Origin: Bryobacterales bacterium
Lineage (GTDB): Bacteria > Acidobacteriota > Terriglobia > Bryobacterales > UBA6623
Reading direction: 5' to 3'
Assembly: GCA_965208945.1 (NCBI GenBank)
Contig: OZ242366.1
Span: 1,762,123 to 1,826,122, forward strand
Length of the DNA: 64,000 bases
A program made the translations under genes and the position numbers. Each line of letters opens with the position of its first letter. Positions within the stretch are counted from its first letter, which is position 1. Under the pieces are notes generated by a model. The model worked only from the letters and a program-made list of their open reading frames with translations. It was not told the DNA's origin and did not search any database. Positions 10,264 to 20,347 of the stretch are shown piece after piece.

Positions 10264-11054
10264 CTAAACAGGTCTTTGCCGGACTCGCGCAGGAGATCGA
10301 CCGCTCTTCCCGAGCCCCCCGAACCAGTAAACCCGTCAACGACGACAACCGGGCGTCCGGCGTCTTTCTGCATGAGGAGGCCGGCCGCAGCGCTAAGTTC
10401 ATCGGCGACCGCGATGCAGGTAGCATTCAGCTCTCTGCCGTGACGATCGGCCCGGCCGCAGTAGTCTTCCAACGGGGCGATTCCCGCCACACCGATCGCA
10501 ACATCCACTTGCCCCACCCGCCACGGCCGGCCGAACGAATCGCTGATGATTACCGCGCAATCCACTCCCGTCGCCCCCATGAGCTTTTCCCGGATCCTCT
10601 GCGCCGAGGTGTCCGGGTTTTCGGGTAACAACGTCGCCATCCGCGCGCCCGTTATGTTCGAACGGTCAACGCCCGCGTTGGCGCAAATGAAGCCGTGACG
10701 CGTCTCACTGATGATGACGCCGTGCTCCATGCGCACGATGCGCCGGGACTGCTGAAGAACAAGCTCGACGAGTTGCGGGTCTTTGTCGAATTCCTGGGCA
10801 AATCGCTGCGCCCTGTGGGACGGTTCGATGGTTCTCAGGTCGACGGCCTGCCCCTCAGTCTTCGAGACCACTTTCTGGGCGATGACGACAACGGCATGAT
10901 CCTTCCAGGAGAGACCTTCCCGGCTCGCCGCCTCGAGAATTTCCTGCGCAAGATCATCGCCCGGCTGAAATTCGGGCAGAGTTTCCAGCGCGGTAAGGGA
11001 AAGTTTCAGGAGCGTGTCCACGGTGAATGTCGGGCGTCGGACGCTTGATCTCAC
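10260..11054 (-). CDS. cofE: Coenzyme F420-0:L-glutamate ligase
   Basis: GDDLA, KVVSKTEG, ICANAGVDRSN, SDSFGRPWR, VADEL motifs. Confidence 0.93.
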   Translation of the reverse strand: MRSSVRRPTFTVDTLLKLSLTALETLPEFQPGDDLAQEILEAASREGLSWKDHAVVVIAQKVVSKTEGQAVDLRTIEPSHRAQRFAQEFDKDPQLVELVLQQSRRIVRMEHGVIISETRHGFICANAGVDRSNITGARMATLLPENPDTSAQRIREKLMGATGVDCAVIISDSFGRPWRVGQVDVAIGVAGIAPLEDYCGRADRHGRELNATCIAVADELSAAAGLLMQKDAGRPVVVVDGFTGSGGSGRAVDLLRESGKDLFS

Positions 11055-11725
11055 CCAATCCGCTCACTCCGCGCGCGGTTGAAGGCGTCGATCTTTTCCA
11101 GGTAATCGAGGATATCGTTGTTTCCCCTGGTCTGCTTCTCGAGCGTGAGCAGGTCTTGCGGGGTATCCAAGTCCAGCGTAATCCCTGGCGGGCACATTAC
11201 TCTGACTTCAGCCCGGGCCGCGATCCCGGCGTTCCGGTGTCTCTCGAAGCTGCCTGGCCCAAACCTGCTCGCGATCACGTCGGGCGGCGCCCGAACCAGG
11301 ACATTCGTTCCCGTGCCATCGCATGACGGAACAATGATCAGCGAGGGCTCCGACAAACGCGATGAAACGTCCAGGAGTTTTTCATATTCGGTGGAAGTCG
11401 CCAAAGGGACATCGATCGGCGCCGACAGCACGGTGTGAGCCCCGAGCCGCAAAGCCATTTCGACGCCCCGTTCCGCCGAATGGCTATGGCTCAACTGATT
11501 CGGTTCCTTCAAGATCCGAGCGCCTGCGAGACGAGCCGCGTCGAGCACAGCACGGTCCATCGAAACCACGATCCGTTCTTCGACCAGGGAAACGGCCCCA
11601 AGGATGTTCAAGGCCTGGTAATAGAGTCTCCTCGCCAATTCCTCCCGTTCGGAAGGCAAGAGGACTTCCGTTAGACGCGTCATCGAATCGGCAGGGGATT
11701 TCACCGCCAGCACCGCTACTTTCAC
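11051..11725 (-). CDS. cofC: 2-phospho-L-lactate/PEP guanylyltransferase
   Basis: VK...TRL...ER, DVPL, DGTGTN, FGPGSF.RH, DLDTPQDL. Lies between cofD and cofE. Confidence 0.88.
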   Translation of the reverse strand: MKVAVLAVKSPADSMTRLTEVLLPSEREELARRLYYQALNILGAVSLVEERIVVSMDRAVLDAARLAGARILKEPNQLSHSHSAERGVEMALRLGAHTVLSAPIDVPLATSTEYEKLLDVSSRLSEPSLIIVPSCDGTGTNVLVRAPPDVIASRFGPGSFERHRNAGIAARAEVRVMCPPGITLDLDTPQDLLTLEKQTRGNNDILDYLEKIDAFNRARSERIG

Positions 11726-12657
11726 GAAGCGAGAGCCTCTATCACCGTGCGTGCAAGCGCTTCTTTCTCGGACATACCCGTCATCAGCGTGGGGCAGACA
11801 ACCGCACGTATTCCAAGTTCCTCTACCGCAACGCTTGATTCTCTGTCAGCCTCATCAAGCACGAAAACGTCCAGGAAATCCTTGTAGAGGCCAGCCACTG
11901 CCAGCGCGGAGGCGTCGTGTCCGAGGCTGGTCATCATTGCGGCGGCAGGACCTTTGACAGCACGCCCTCCCACGATGGGACTCACGGCAAGCACGGGCGC
12001 CACTGTTTTGCGAAGGGCTTCGCGAATGCCCGGCACAGCAAAGATCGGTCCCACACTGATGATCGGGTTACTCGGTGCAACGATCACGGCATCAGCCTGA
12101 GCGATCGCTTCGAGAACACCTGACGCCGGGGCGGCCTGATCCGCTCCCACAAACTCAACGGCTCGGACTACCGGTTTCGCGCCGTTCTTCACGAAGTAGG
12201 TCTGAAAATCCAGCCGTCCCGCATCGGTTTCGAGCCAAGTGCGAACCGGCTGGTCACTCATCGGCAAGATCGTTGATTCCACACCGAGCGATCGAGACAC
12301 TCGGCGGGTGACTTCCGACAAGGGGAAACCCCTGCGGAGCAGAGAGGTGCGGAAGATATGCGTCGCCAAATCGCGGTCGCCCAGTTGGAACCACGTCTTC
12401 TTGCTGAATCGGCGAAGCGCATCCAGCGCATGAAAAGTTTCGTCCGCCAGCCCCCAGCCCCTCTCCGGATCGGCCAAGCCGGCAAGAGTGTAAGTGACGG
12501 TGTCGAGGTCGGGACAAACGGTCAGACCGTGTAGTTCCAGGTCATCTGCCGTGTTCCCGATAACCGTGACTGTATCCGCCGCAACGACGCGCACCAAGCC
12601 CTCGAGGAAGCGCGCCGCGCCGATACCTCCGGCCAGGACGGTAGTACGGGATGCCAT
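11722..12657 (-). CDS. cofD: 2-phospho-L-lactate transferase
   Basis: LAGGIGAARFL, NTADD, CPDLDTVTYTL, WFQLGDRD, PSNPIISVGP. Confidence 0.95.
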   Translation of the reverse strand: MASRTTVLAGGIGAARFLEGLVRVVAADTVTVIGNTADDLELHGLTVCPDLDTVTYTLAGLADPERGWGLADETFHALDALRRFSKKTWFQLGDRDLATHIFRTSLLRRGFPLSEVTRRVSRSLGVESTILPMSDQPVRTWLETDAGRLDFQTYFVKNGAKPVVRAVEFVGADQAAPASGVLEAIAQADAVIVAPSNPIISVGPIFAVPGIREALRKTVAPVLAVSPIVGGRAVKGPAAAMMTSLGHDASALAVAGLYKDFLDVFVLDEADRESSVAVEELGIRAVVCPTLMTGMSEKEALARTVIEALAS

Positions 12658-13347
12658 TCAAGCGTCATCCTCGAGACCGGGCAAGCCTGTGAAACGTACA
12701 CCGCACGAATCGACCTTGTGCCTCAGGTTGAGAGAGATCAGCAGTGCGGCCAGATGCTCGGCGTAGCGGGCGTTCTCCAAAGGGCCCGCATCAATGACGC
12801 GTATTCCCGAGATCTTGCGGATCCAGTTCCGTGTGATTTCGCGGGCCTCCCGGTCGTCGCCAACAACCAGGACATCCGATTTGACAGGGTTTTCCAGGTT
12901 CTGTAGAGCTTTGGCGCTGACGCTGTGCAACGCCGCCGTGACTCGTACCCCGGCGGGGAGATAACAAGCCGCCTGTTGGGCGGCCGAGCCTTCCCACAGC
13001 GGCAGGATATGCGAGAGACGCCCGCCCACCGAGTGTTCCAGGGGCACTGTCGTATCGATCACAACCATTCCGGAGCGCATATAAGCAGAGAGGGATTTAA
13101 GAATCCCACGCCGTCCGTTCAACGGTAGAGCGAGGGCGACAACCGGCGCACGTTGCACCGCGTCCGTGTCGAGACAGGGCTCCACTTCGCACGTTGGAAC
13201 TGCCTGTCGCACTAGATCGGCGGCTGCTCGAGCTTTGTGGAGCGCACGCGAGCCCAACAGAACTTGATCGCCTGTCCGCGCCCAGCGCAAGGCCAAGCCG
13301 AGGCCCACGTTGCCTGTGCCGGCAATGATCGCGATTGGTTCAGACAA
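12658..13347 (-). CDS. npdG: NADPH-dependent F420 reductase (Fno)
   Basis: Rossmann IIAGTGNVGLGLALRWA, GSR, IDAGPLENAR. Start is TTG 13347 or GTG 13368. Confidence 0.88.
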   Translation of the reverse strand: MSEPIAIIAGTGNVGLGLALRWARTGDQVLLGSRALHKARAAADLVRQAVPTCEVEPCLDTDAVQRAPVVALALPLNGRRGILKSLSAYMRSGMVVIDTTVPLEHSVGGRLSHILPLWEGSAAQQAACYLPAGVRVTAALHSVSAKALQNLENPVKSDVLVVGDDREAREITRNWIRKISGIRVIDAGPLENARYAEHLAALLISLNLRHKVDSCGVRFTGLPGLEDDA

Positions 13348-13467
13348 GATTTTCCACGATTCTCTCACCTGACCCACATTTCTCACCACCTTGTGTGTGG
13401 CAAGGCAGGCTGGATGCAAGGATGTGAGCTTGGCACGCGCATTCTACAATGTCGGCTCGTGCCCGCT

Positions 13468-14388
13468 ATGCGAAGGGACCAGAGTTCACGCCGCTCGGGA
13501 TTATTGCTGGTGGCCGCAGGTGCGAGCCTGTGGGGCGTTGACACCGTATTGCGCACCCCTCTTACAGACGGTCTATCGAGCAGCGTGATCGTGTTTTATG
13601 AACATGTGCTTCTCACGATTGCCTTTGCTCCCTACCTGATCATCAAACGGCGAAGGCTGGCAGCACTCCGCGCCAGTTCGTGGTGGTGTTCGCTCTGGAT
13701 TGGTTGGGGTGGATCGGCGCTGGGCACGATCTGCTACACGCAGGCTGTCAAGTTGGGAAATCCAACCAGTGTGGTGTTTCTTCAGAAGCTCCAGCCGTTG
13801 ATTGCCGTCGTCTTGGCCGGATGGTGGCTTGGCGAAAGAGAACCGCTCAGAGCCCGCTTCTGGGTCCGCGCGGGCACCGCGCTCTTGGGCGCCTATCTCA
13901 TCTCGTTTGGTGCTAGTCCCGCTTGGGGAGCCTTCAGTAACGCAGAGTGGGTACCCGCTCTTTGGGCCGTAGGGGCAGCGGCCATTTGGGGCTCGTGCAC
14001 GGTCGTAGGCCGCTATACGTTGCCGGACCTTTCGCCAATCCTGCTTACGGCGTTACGTGTGGTGAGCGCCCTGCCGCTGCTCGGGCTCTTGGCTCTTTCC
14101 AGTAAGTCGACTGCCGGCATCCCGATGCCTAGCTCGGATCAGTGGGCGCGGCTTGCCTTGATGGCCTTAATTCCCGGATTTCTGGCCCTGCTTATCTACT
14201 ACCGTGGGTTGGCCAGGACGCCCGCGTCGCTGGCCACATTCGGCGAACTCTGCTTTCCGGCGGCCGCTGCGGTGCTCAATTGGCTCTTTCTGGGGACGGC
14301 TATTTCGATCGCACAAGGACTCGGCGTGGTCGTGCTTTGGCTGGCTGTCCTGTGGCCCCGTCGTGAGGGGTTCGCCCGGCAAGCCTGA
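13468..14388 (+). CDS. DMT/EamA family transporter
   Basis: About 10 TM helices; LQKLQP and YYRGL patterns. Confidence 0.88.
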   Translation: MRRDQSSRRSGLLLVAAGASLWGVDTVLRTPLTDGLSSSVIVFYEHVLLTIAFAPYLIIKRRRLAALRASSWWCSLWIGWGGSALGTICYTQAVKLGNPTSVVFLQKLQPLIAVVLAGWWLGEREPLRARFWVRAGTALLGAYLISFGASPAWGAFSNAEWVPALWAVGAAAIWGSCTVVGRYTLPDLSPILLTALRVVSALPLLGLLALSSKSTAGIPMPSSDQWARLALMALIPGFLALLIYYRGLARTPASLATFGELCFPAAAAVLNWLFLGTAISIAQGLGVVVLWLAVLWPRREGFARQA

Positions 14389-14478
14389 TGCTTGCCAAGC
14401 AACCTGGCGCCTAAGCCTCGCCCCGAGTGTGGTCACAGGGCTCTGTTATGATCGTGCAACGAGGTCAGACCCGTGTTG

Positions 14479-15330
14479 ATGACTTGGCTCGGCAAACCCA
14501 AGAAACCTGAGGATTCGTCGGGGCCGAAGAATGTCCGCACAGAAGGGCTGTGGATCAAATGCGATTCGTGCCGCGGCACGATCTGGAAGAAGGATCTGGA
14601 AGCTAACCTGATGGTTTGCACGGAGTGCGGTTTCCACTTCAAGGTGGACGCGGAAGCTCGCTTGGCGATGCTGGCAGACGACCGAAATTGGACGTCCTTT
14701 GACGACGACTTGCGCACAACGGACGCCCTTAAATTCGTCGACCAACGCTCTTACCAGGAGCGCTTGGCCAAGGCGGAGCAGGCTACCGGACTCAAGGATG
14801 CCGTCATTTGTGCGGAGTTCAAACTCAACGGACGTACAGTTGTTGTTTGCGTGATGGAATATCGCTTCATCGGCGGCAGCATGGGCGTAGTCGTCGGAGA
14901 GAAGATCACACGTGCGATCGAGCGCGCCGCCACTCGCAGGCTTCCGGTGATCGTCGTCTCTGCATCGGGAGGAGCCCGCATGATGGAGGGGGCACTCAGC
15001 CTGATGCAGATGGCGAAAATCTCGGCTGCCCTGACCAAGCTGGGCGCGGTCCGGATGCCATATATCAGCGTCCTCACCGATCCTACGACAGGAGGCGTCA
15101 CCGCTTCATATGCCATGCTCGGCGATCTGAATATTGCTGAGCCGGGTGCGCTGATTGGGTTCGCCGGCCCGCGTGTCATTGAGCAAACGATCCGCCAGAA
15201 GCTCCCCAAAGGCTTCCAACGCTCCGAGTTCCTTGTCGAGCACGGCATGCTCGATGCCGTCGTGCCCCGAAACGAGTTGAAGCCGTTCCTGCACCGTGCG
15301 TTGGAGTTCTTCTGCGATCCCGTCGAATGA
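14479..15330 (+). CDS. accD: Acetyl-CoA carboxylase carboxyltransferase beta subunit
   Basis: C4 zinc finger, GGSMG, SGGARMMEG, GGVTAS, FQRSEFL. Confidence 0.97.
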   Translation: MTWLGKPKKPEDSSGPKNVRTEGLWIKCDSCRGTIWKKDLEANLMVCTECGFHFKVDAEARLAMLADDRNWTSFDDDLRTTDALKFVDQRSYQERLAKAEQATGLKDAVICAEFKLNGRTVVVCVMEYRFIGGSMGVVVGEKITRAIERAATRRLPVIVVSASGGARMMEGALSLMQMAKISAALTKLGAVRMPYISVLTDPTTGGVTASYAMLGDLNIAEPGALIGFAGPRVIEQTIRQKLPKGFQRSEFLVEHGMLDAVVPRNELKPFLHRALEFFCDPVE

Positions 15331-16652
15331 ACTACGCCGCATCCGTCGAATACCTCCTCTCGCTTCTCGGTGCTTTTTCCAACTCCCGGTTCGGACTCGA
15401 TCGCATGGAACTGTTGGTGGTCGAGCTGGGCCATCCCGAACGGTCGTTTCGGCCGATCCACATTGCCGGGACCAACGGAAAGGGCTCGACGGCTGCGATG
15501 ATCGCCGCTGCCCTCCACGCTGCCGGCTACCCGGCCGGACTCAATACTTCCCCTCATCTGATGCGGTTCAATGAACGTATCCGGATCAATAGCACCGACA
15601 TCGAGGATGACGACTTTGCTGCAGCCATCCGGGAAGTACGTACCGCCAACGAATCCATCAGTGCTCGAGAAGGCCGCGAGATGCACCCGACCTTCTTCGA
15701 ATCGATTACGGCTGCAGCCTTCTGTGCTTTCCGCCGTGCCGGGGTCGAATGGGGTGTCGTGGAGGTCGGTCTCGGCGGACGGCTCGATGCCACCAACGTG
15801 CTCCACCCGGAACTGACGGTAATTACACCCATCGCGCGCGACCACGAACGTATCTTGGGAGACGGGGTCCGCTCGATCGCGCGGGAGAAAGCCGGCATTT
15901 TCAAACACGGCTGCCGTTCCGTTGTGGCCGATCAAAGCTGCGAAGTGTTGGATGAGATTCGCGGACGCGCGGAGGAACGGGAGATCCACCTCATCGATTC
16001 TCGCCAGGCTTGGCAGTCCGGGAACATTTCGAGTGACCAAGGGTTCTATCGGTTCGAAGCAATCCCTGGGCCGCAAGCGCCGGGCGGTCGAGAGCCCTTC
16101 CCGGTCGAACTGGGGCTCGCCGGTGAACATCAAGTTACAAACGCCTTGACCGCGATCACTTCACTCGACGTGTTGGGAGTGGAAACGGGCGCCATACGAC
16201 GGGGACTGGCGGATGTGTCCTGGCCCGCGCGGCTCGAACGACTGCCCGGCAAGCCCGAGTTCCTTCTCGACGCCGCACACAACCCCGCCGGGGCCACGGT
16301 GCTGGCGAGTTTCCTGAGAGAACACTGTACGAACCGGACGATTCATCTCATCTACGGGTCCTCGCGTGACAAGCCTGTGGCGCAGATCGCCGAGTTGTTG
16401 TTTCCGTATGCCGATCGGATTGTTCTCACGGCTTCGCGGGTCAATCGCTCGATCAGCCCCAACGACTTGCTCAAGGCCGTTGAACAGCATCACAATGACC
16501 TCACGGTGAAGCCCTCGGTCGAGGCGGCGATGGAATGGGTCGAGCGCCATGCTGATCGTCGGGACTTGATCGTCGTATCAGGATCGATCTTTCTCGTGGG
16601 CGAAGCCAAGGCGGCTCTTGAGCAACTCGTCGCGGAGCCGGTTGGTCAGTAA
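15327..16652 (+). CDS. folC: Folylpolyglutamate synthase/dihydrofolate synthase
   Basis: HIAGTNGKGS, TSPHL, EVGLGGRLDATN, DAAHNP. Confidence 0.96.
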   Translation: MNYAASVEYLLSLLGAFSNSRFGLDRMELLVVELGHPERSFRPIHIAGTNGKGSTAAMIAAALHAAGYPAGLNTSPHLMRFNERIRINSTDIEDDDFAAAIREVRTANESISAREGREMHPTFFESITAAAFCAFRRAGVEWGVVEVGLGGRLDATNVLHPELTVITPIARDHERILGDGVRSIAREKAGIFKHGCRSVVADQSCEVLDEIRGRAEEREIHLIDSRQAWQSGNISSDQGFYRFEAIPGPQAPGGREPFPVELGLAGEHQVTNALTAITSLDVLGVETGAIRRGLADVSWPARLERLPGKPEFLLDAAHNPAGATVLASFLREHCTNRTIHLIYGSSRDKPVAQIAELLFPYADRIVLTASRVNRSISPNDLLKAVEQHHNDLTVKPSVEAAMEWVERHADRRDLIVVSGSIFLVGEAKAALEQLVAEPVGQ

Positions 16653-16693
16653 GCTCCGCCGATCAGCAAGGACTCGGCCAAACAGCACGATTC

Positions 16694-17416
16694 ATGTTCA
16701 GCTACCTGCGTTCGGTCCTGTGGATGTGTCCGTTGATCGGTGTCGCGACCGCCGTCATGGGAACGATCTCACTGGGGGCGTCTCTGTTTGACCGTAGCGG
16801 TCGATGGCAACACAAGGTGGCTGTAGCCTGGGGGCGCATACTATTGCGGATCTGCATGGTCCGGGTGGAAGTCATCGGCGCCGAGAAGCTGGATCCAGAG
16901 CAGGTCTATATCTTTGTCTCGAACCACTTCAGCCTGATCGATACCCCTTTGATGTTCGGATCGATGCCGCGAGAGTTCCGCATTTTGGCGCGCCATGGGC
17001 TGTGGAAGATCCCTTTTCTCGGTTGGCACCTGAACCGAGCCGGCCACGTGCCGGTCGAACGCGAGAACCCACGGGCGGCGGCGCGCAGCCTGATCCGTGC
17101 AGTGGACAAGATCAAGGAAGGTTTCTCTCTGCTGATCTTCCCCGAAGGCGGCCGAACGCGTCAGCCGACCATGCGGCCCTTCAAGTCCGGAGCCGCCCGG
17201 ATCGCGATGCAAGCCGCCTGCCCGATTGTCCCGATGGCCATTGTCGGAACCCGCAAGATCCTGCCGCCCGGTTCCGCCCATCTGCACCCGGGGCGCGCCG
17301 AGCTGCGCATTGGCAATCCTGTCCCGACAGACGTCCTCGCAAACGGCAATGCTCCCATGTTGATCCGCGAAGTCCAGGCGGTCGTCGGGAAGCTCTCCGA
17401 GCCGCCGGTCGATTGA
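16694..17416 (+). CDS. plsC: 1-acyl-sn-glycerol-3-phosphate acyltransferase
   Basis: NHFSLID (HxxxxD) and FPEGGR motifs. Confidence 0.9.
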   Translation: MFSYLRSVLWMCPLIGVATAVMGTISLGASLFDRSGRWQHKVAVAWGRILLRICMVRVEVIGAEKLDPEQVYIFVSNHFSLIDTPLMFGSMPREFRILARHGLWKIPFLGWHLNRAGHVPVERENPRAAARSLIRAVDKIKEGFSLLIFPEGGRTRQPTMRPFKSGAARIAMQAACPIVPMAIVGTRKILPPGSAHLHPGRAELRIGNPVPTDVLANGNAPMLIREVQAVVGKLSEPPVD

Positions 17417-17445
17417 GGCTGAGTTGGCTTGACACCCGCTGATCG

Positions 17446-17474
17446 TTGCCCAAGCCAGATTCATCCGCTACTAT
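17446..17474 (+). promoter_or_regulatory. Sigma70-type promoter of tRNA-fMet
   Basis: TTGCCC-N17-TACTAT, ending 5 nt before the tRNA. Confidence 0.55.
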
Positions 17475-17479
17475 GGTTG

Positions 17480-17556
<77 letters not shown>

Positions 17557-17825
17557 CCAAGACGCTAACGGCAGTGTACGTCACAGGGCTCCCGCCGGGC
17601 TTCCGTCGCCGCACAATGGCCCTGCAGCCGTTTTGGATCAGCCCACCGAAGGCGCCAGAAGCCGGGGTCGATGTAAGCAAGTCTGGGAAGCTTTTCGTCT
17701 GAGGTCAGTCGGATGAGACGGGACCAGCCGATAGCCTACCCCGACTGCGGTTCGATCACCATTTGCGGCGTGCGGGAGAACCATCTCAAGAGCTTCTCGC
17801 CCGACATTGCGATGGAGTAAACGCA

Positions 17826-18350
17826 ATGGCCGGCGAGGAGTCCAAGCAGTCAGCGAAGGCGGGAGGGAAAGCCGCCTCCAAGCGAGTCGCTGCGAAGACT
17901 GCCAAACAGACTGAGACGGCACAGAAATCGCAGCCCCAGATGGCCAGCAAGCCGGTGCTCCTCTCAGGCGGCAACCCTCAGATTGCGAAGGGCTACGGCA
18001 ATGCCCCCGTGCAGGCCTACATCGCGGCCATGCCGGGCTGGAAGCGCGATATCGGACGCCTCCTTGACGCGCTCGTCGAGCGTACCGTCCCCGACGTGTT
18101 CAAGGCAGTCAAGTGGAACTCGCCCTTCTACGGCATCGAGGGCCAGGGCTGGTTCCTCAGTTATCATTGCTTCACGAAGTACGTCAAAGTGACTTTCTTC
18201 CGCGGCGCGTCGCTGCGCCCTCTTCCCCCCGGCGAGTCCAAGCACAAGGAAGTGCGCTACCTCGACATCCGCGAGGAGGAGCCGTTCGACGAAGCTCAGT
18301 TCGTTGGTTGGGTGAAGCAAGCCAGCCAATTGCCCGGCGAACGACTGTGA
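17826..18350 (+). CDS. DUF1801 (YdhG-like) domain protein
   Basis: LLSGGNPQIAKGYG, KAVKWNSPFYG, YVKVTFFRGASL. GGAG RBS before ATG 17826. Confidence 0.85.
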   Translation: MAGEESKQSAKAGGKAASKRVAAKTAKQTETAQKSQPQMASKPVLLSGGNPQIAKGYGNAPVQAYIAAMPGWKRDIGRLLDALVERTVPDVFKAVKWNSPFYGIEGQGWFLSYHCFTKYVKVTFFRGASLRPLPPGESKHKEVRYLDIREEEPFDEAQFVGWVKQASQLPGERL

Positions 18351-18538
18351 GCGGCCAGTGCGCAAGTCCCTGGCGGACGGCGACACCGTTCCGTCTGACG
18401 CCGATGTGACCAAGCCGATGGGCCGGCGCAAAGCGAGGGAACGAGGTAGTTTGTGACGTCTTCCGCCGAGTGTCTGGTAGCATGCCTTTCCTGTCACAGG
18501 CGCTATGATGACGGACTCATCGCCGTCTGGTTTCCGTC

Positions 18539-20095
18539 ATGAAAAGTGTTATGAAGAGCGGCTGTTGGTTGATCTGTCTTTTTGTGCTGGCTGTTCCATT
18601 TCCAGCTCGACCGGATGGGCCTGGGCAGCCGCCGAACATTCTGCTGATTGTCTCGGAAGACAATGGTCCCGAACTGGGCAGTTACGGCGACCCTTATGCC
18701 CGGACTCCCCATCTGGACAGGTTGGCGGCGGCAGGCGTGCGGTTTGAAAATGCCTTTGTCCCCTATTCCGTCTGCTCACCATCACGGGCCGCTCTCCTCA
18801 CCGGTTTGCACCCGACTCAGAACGGCCAGATCGGACTTGCGACGCACAAATTCGCGATGTATCGCAAAGATACACCGAATATCGCGACGCTGTTGGAATC
18901 GGCCGGATACCAAACCGGCCTGATCGGCAAGCTGCACGTCAATCCGGAGAGCGCCTTCCCCTTCGACTTTCGCGCCATCCCTCGTTCGAACTTCAACCGC
19001 AAGCACACCGTTCGAGACTACGCGGAGGCCGCGTCTCGGTTCTTCGGGAAAGCCGGAGACCGTCCGTTCTTCCTTTCCGTGAACTACCCTGACGCGCATT
19101 TGCCGTTTCTGCGTCAGGCCAACGGCCGTCCGGAGCAACCGCTCTCCGCAAACGATGTGAAACCCATGCCTTGGGTTGGAGTGGACTCGGCTCGTATCCG
19201 TGAGCAGGTCGCCAACTATTACAACTGCCTGGAGCGCCTGGATGAGGGAGTGGGGCTTCTGCTGAGCGAACTGGACAAGACCGGGCTGTCGGAGAACACG
19301 ATCGTCTTCTACTTCAGCGACCATGGGGCGCAGTTTCCGCGTGGAAAGGGAACGGTATACGAAGGTGGATTGCGCGTCCCTCTCATCATCCGCTGGCCGG
19401 GGCAAGCGAAGGCCGGGACGGTGCGCACCGAGTTGGTATCGACGATCGACATCCTGCCGACTGTTCTGAAGGCGGTCGGCGTGACGCCGCCGGCGCCGCT
19501 GCCCGGCTGGGCTCTGCAACCATTGCTAACCGGAGAGTCACCTTCCGCGTGGCGCCGTTACCTCTTTGGATTCACGACGGGAGCGTTTCCACGAGCATGT
19601 TTTGTGCAGCACTCCATCCGTGATGAACGATACAAACTGATTTCTAATCCGCGGCCGCGTACGGAGAATCTGGATGCCGGAACCTATCTTGACGAGGATC
19701 ACCCGAATTTCGTCGTGTCCGGAGCCACCGGGGATGAGCAGTCCACCTCATCCGCGTTTGTCAAGAAGGCCCTGGAGCGCTGGTCTCGCCCTCCTCGCTA
19801 TGAACTGTACGACCTGGAGAATGATCCGGAGGAATGGACGAATCTGGCGGATGATCCGGAACACGCCGAGGAGAGGCTGCGACTCGTCGAGGAATTGAAG
19901 GCTTGGCAACGAGAGATACGTGATCCCTTTCTCGTTCAGGAGCATGTCGATGCTTTTGTGAGCGAGCAGCTCGCCAACCGCGACTTGGGCTATCGGAGCC
20001 GTGATGATTTCCGCTGGTCGTACTTGGAGGCTTTCCCGGTGTGGAGAGCCATGGATCACGGCCAGGAAGCAGTGTCGAGTCCACCGCCAAGGTAA
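18539..20095 (+). CDS. Sulfatase (sulfamidase-like)
   Basis: PNILLIVSED, CSPSRAALLTG, GKLHV, SDHG; signal peptide. Confidence 0.93.
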   Translation: MKSVMKSGCWLICLFVLAVPFPARPDGPGQPPNILLIVSEDNGPELGSYGDPYARTPHLDRLAAAGVRFENAFVPYSVCSPSRAALLTGLHPTQNGQIGLATHKFAMYRKDTPNIATLLESAGYQTGLIGKLHVNPESAFPFDFRAIPRSNFNRKHTVRDYAEAASRFFGKAGDRPFFLSVNYPDAHLPFLRQANGRPEQPLSANDVKPMPWVGVDSARIREQVANYYNCLERLDEGVGLLLSELDKTGLSENTIVFYFSDHGAQFPRGKGTVYEGGLRVPLIIRWPGQAKAGTVRTELVSTIDILPTVLKAVGVTPPAPLPGWALQPLLTGESPSAWRRYLFGFTTGAFPRACFVQHSIRDERYKLISNPRPRTENLDAGTYLDEDHPNFVVSGATGDEQSTSSAFVKKALERWSRPPRYELYDLENDPEEWTNLADDPEHAEERLRLVEELKAWQREIRDPFLVQEHVDAFVSEQLANRDLGYRSRDDFRWSYLEAFPVWRAMDHGQEAVSSPPPR

Positions 20096-20135
20096 CGGAC
20101 GGGTCGGATGCCACAGCGACAAACCGACCGGGAGT

Positions 20136-20342
20136 TCACCTCGGCCCTTTGTTGTAGAACCGACTCTGCGTCCAAACCTGCCGCCCCTGAAGCCGGATGT
20201 AGCTTACTGGTGTCGTAGCGCCCTCGCGGTCGAGGCGAGTGAAATAGCCGCCGTGCTCCTTATCCAGAGAGCGATCAAGCCGGAAAGGCATGATCGAGTC
20301 GAACAGCTTGGTTTCAGAACGCTGCTTCAGTTCATTCAACAT
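20136..20342 (-). pseudogene. Truncated N-acylglucosamine 2-epimerase (AGE family) N-terminal remnant
   Basis: IMPF..RSLDKEHGGYFTRLDREG and LQGRQVW..SRFYN match the AGE N-terminus, but the ORF is only 68 aa. Confidence 0.7.
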
Positions 20343-20347
20343 GAAGG

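Noticed and set aside
13410-13445. TGGCACGCGCATTCT near 13431-13445 as a sigma54 promoter for the DMT gene
   Set aside because: The essential -12 GC is missing.
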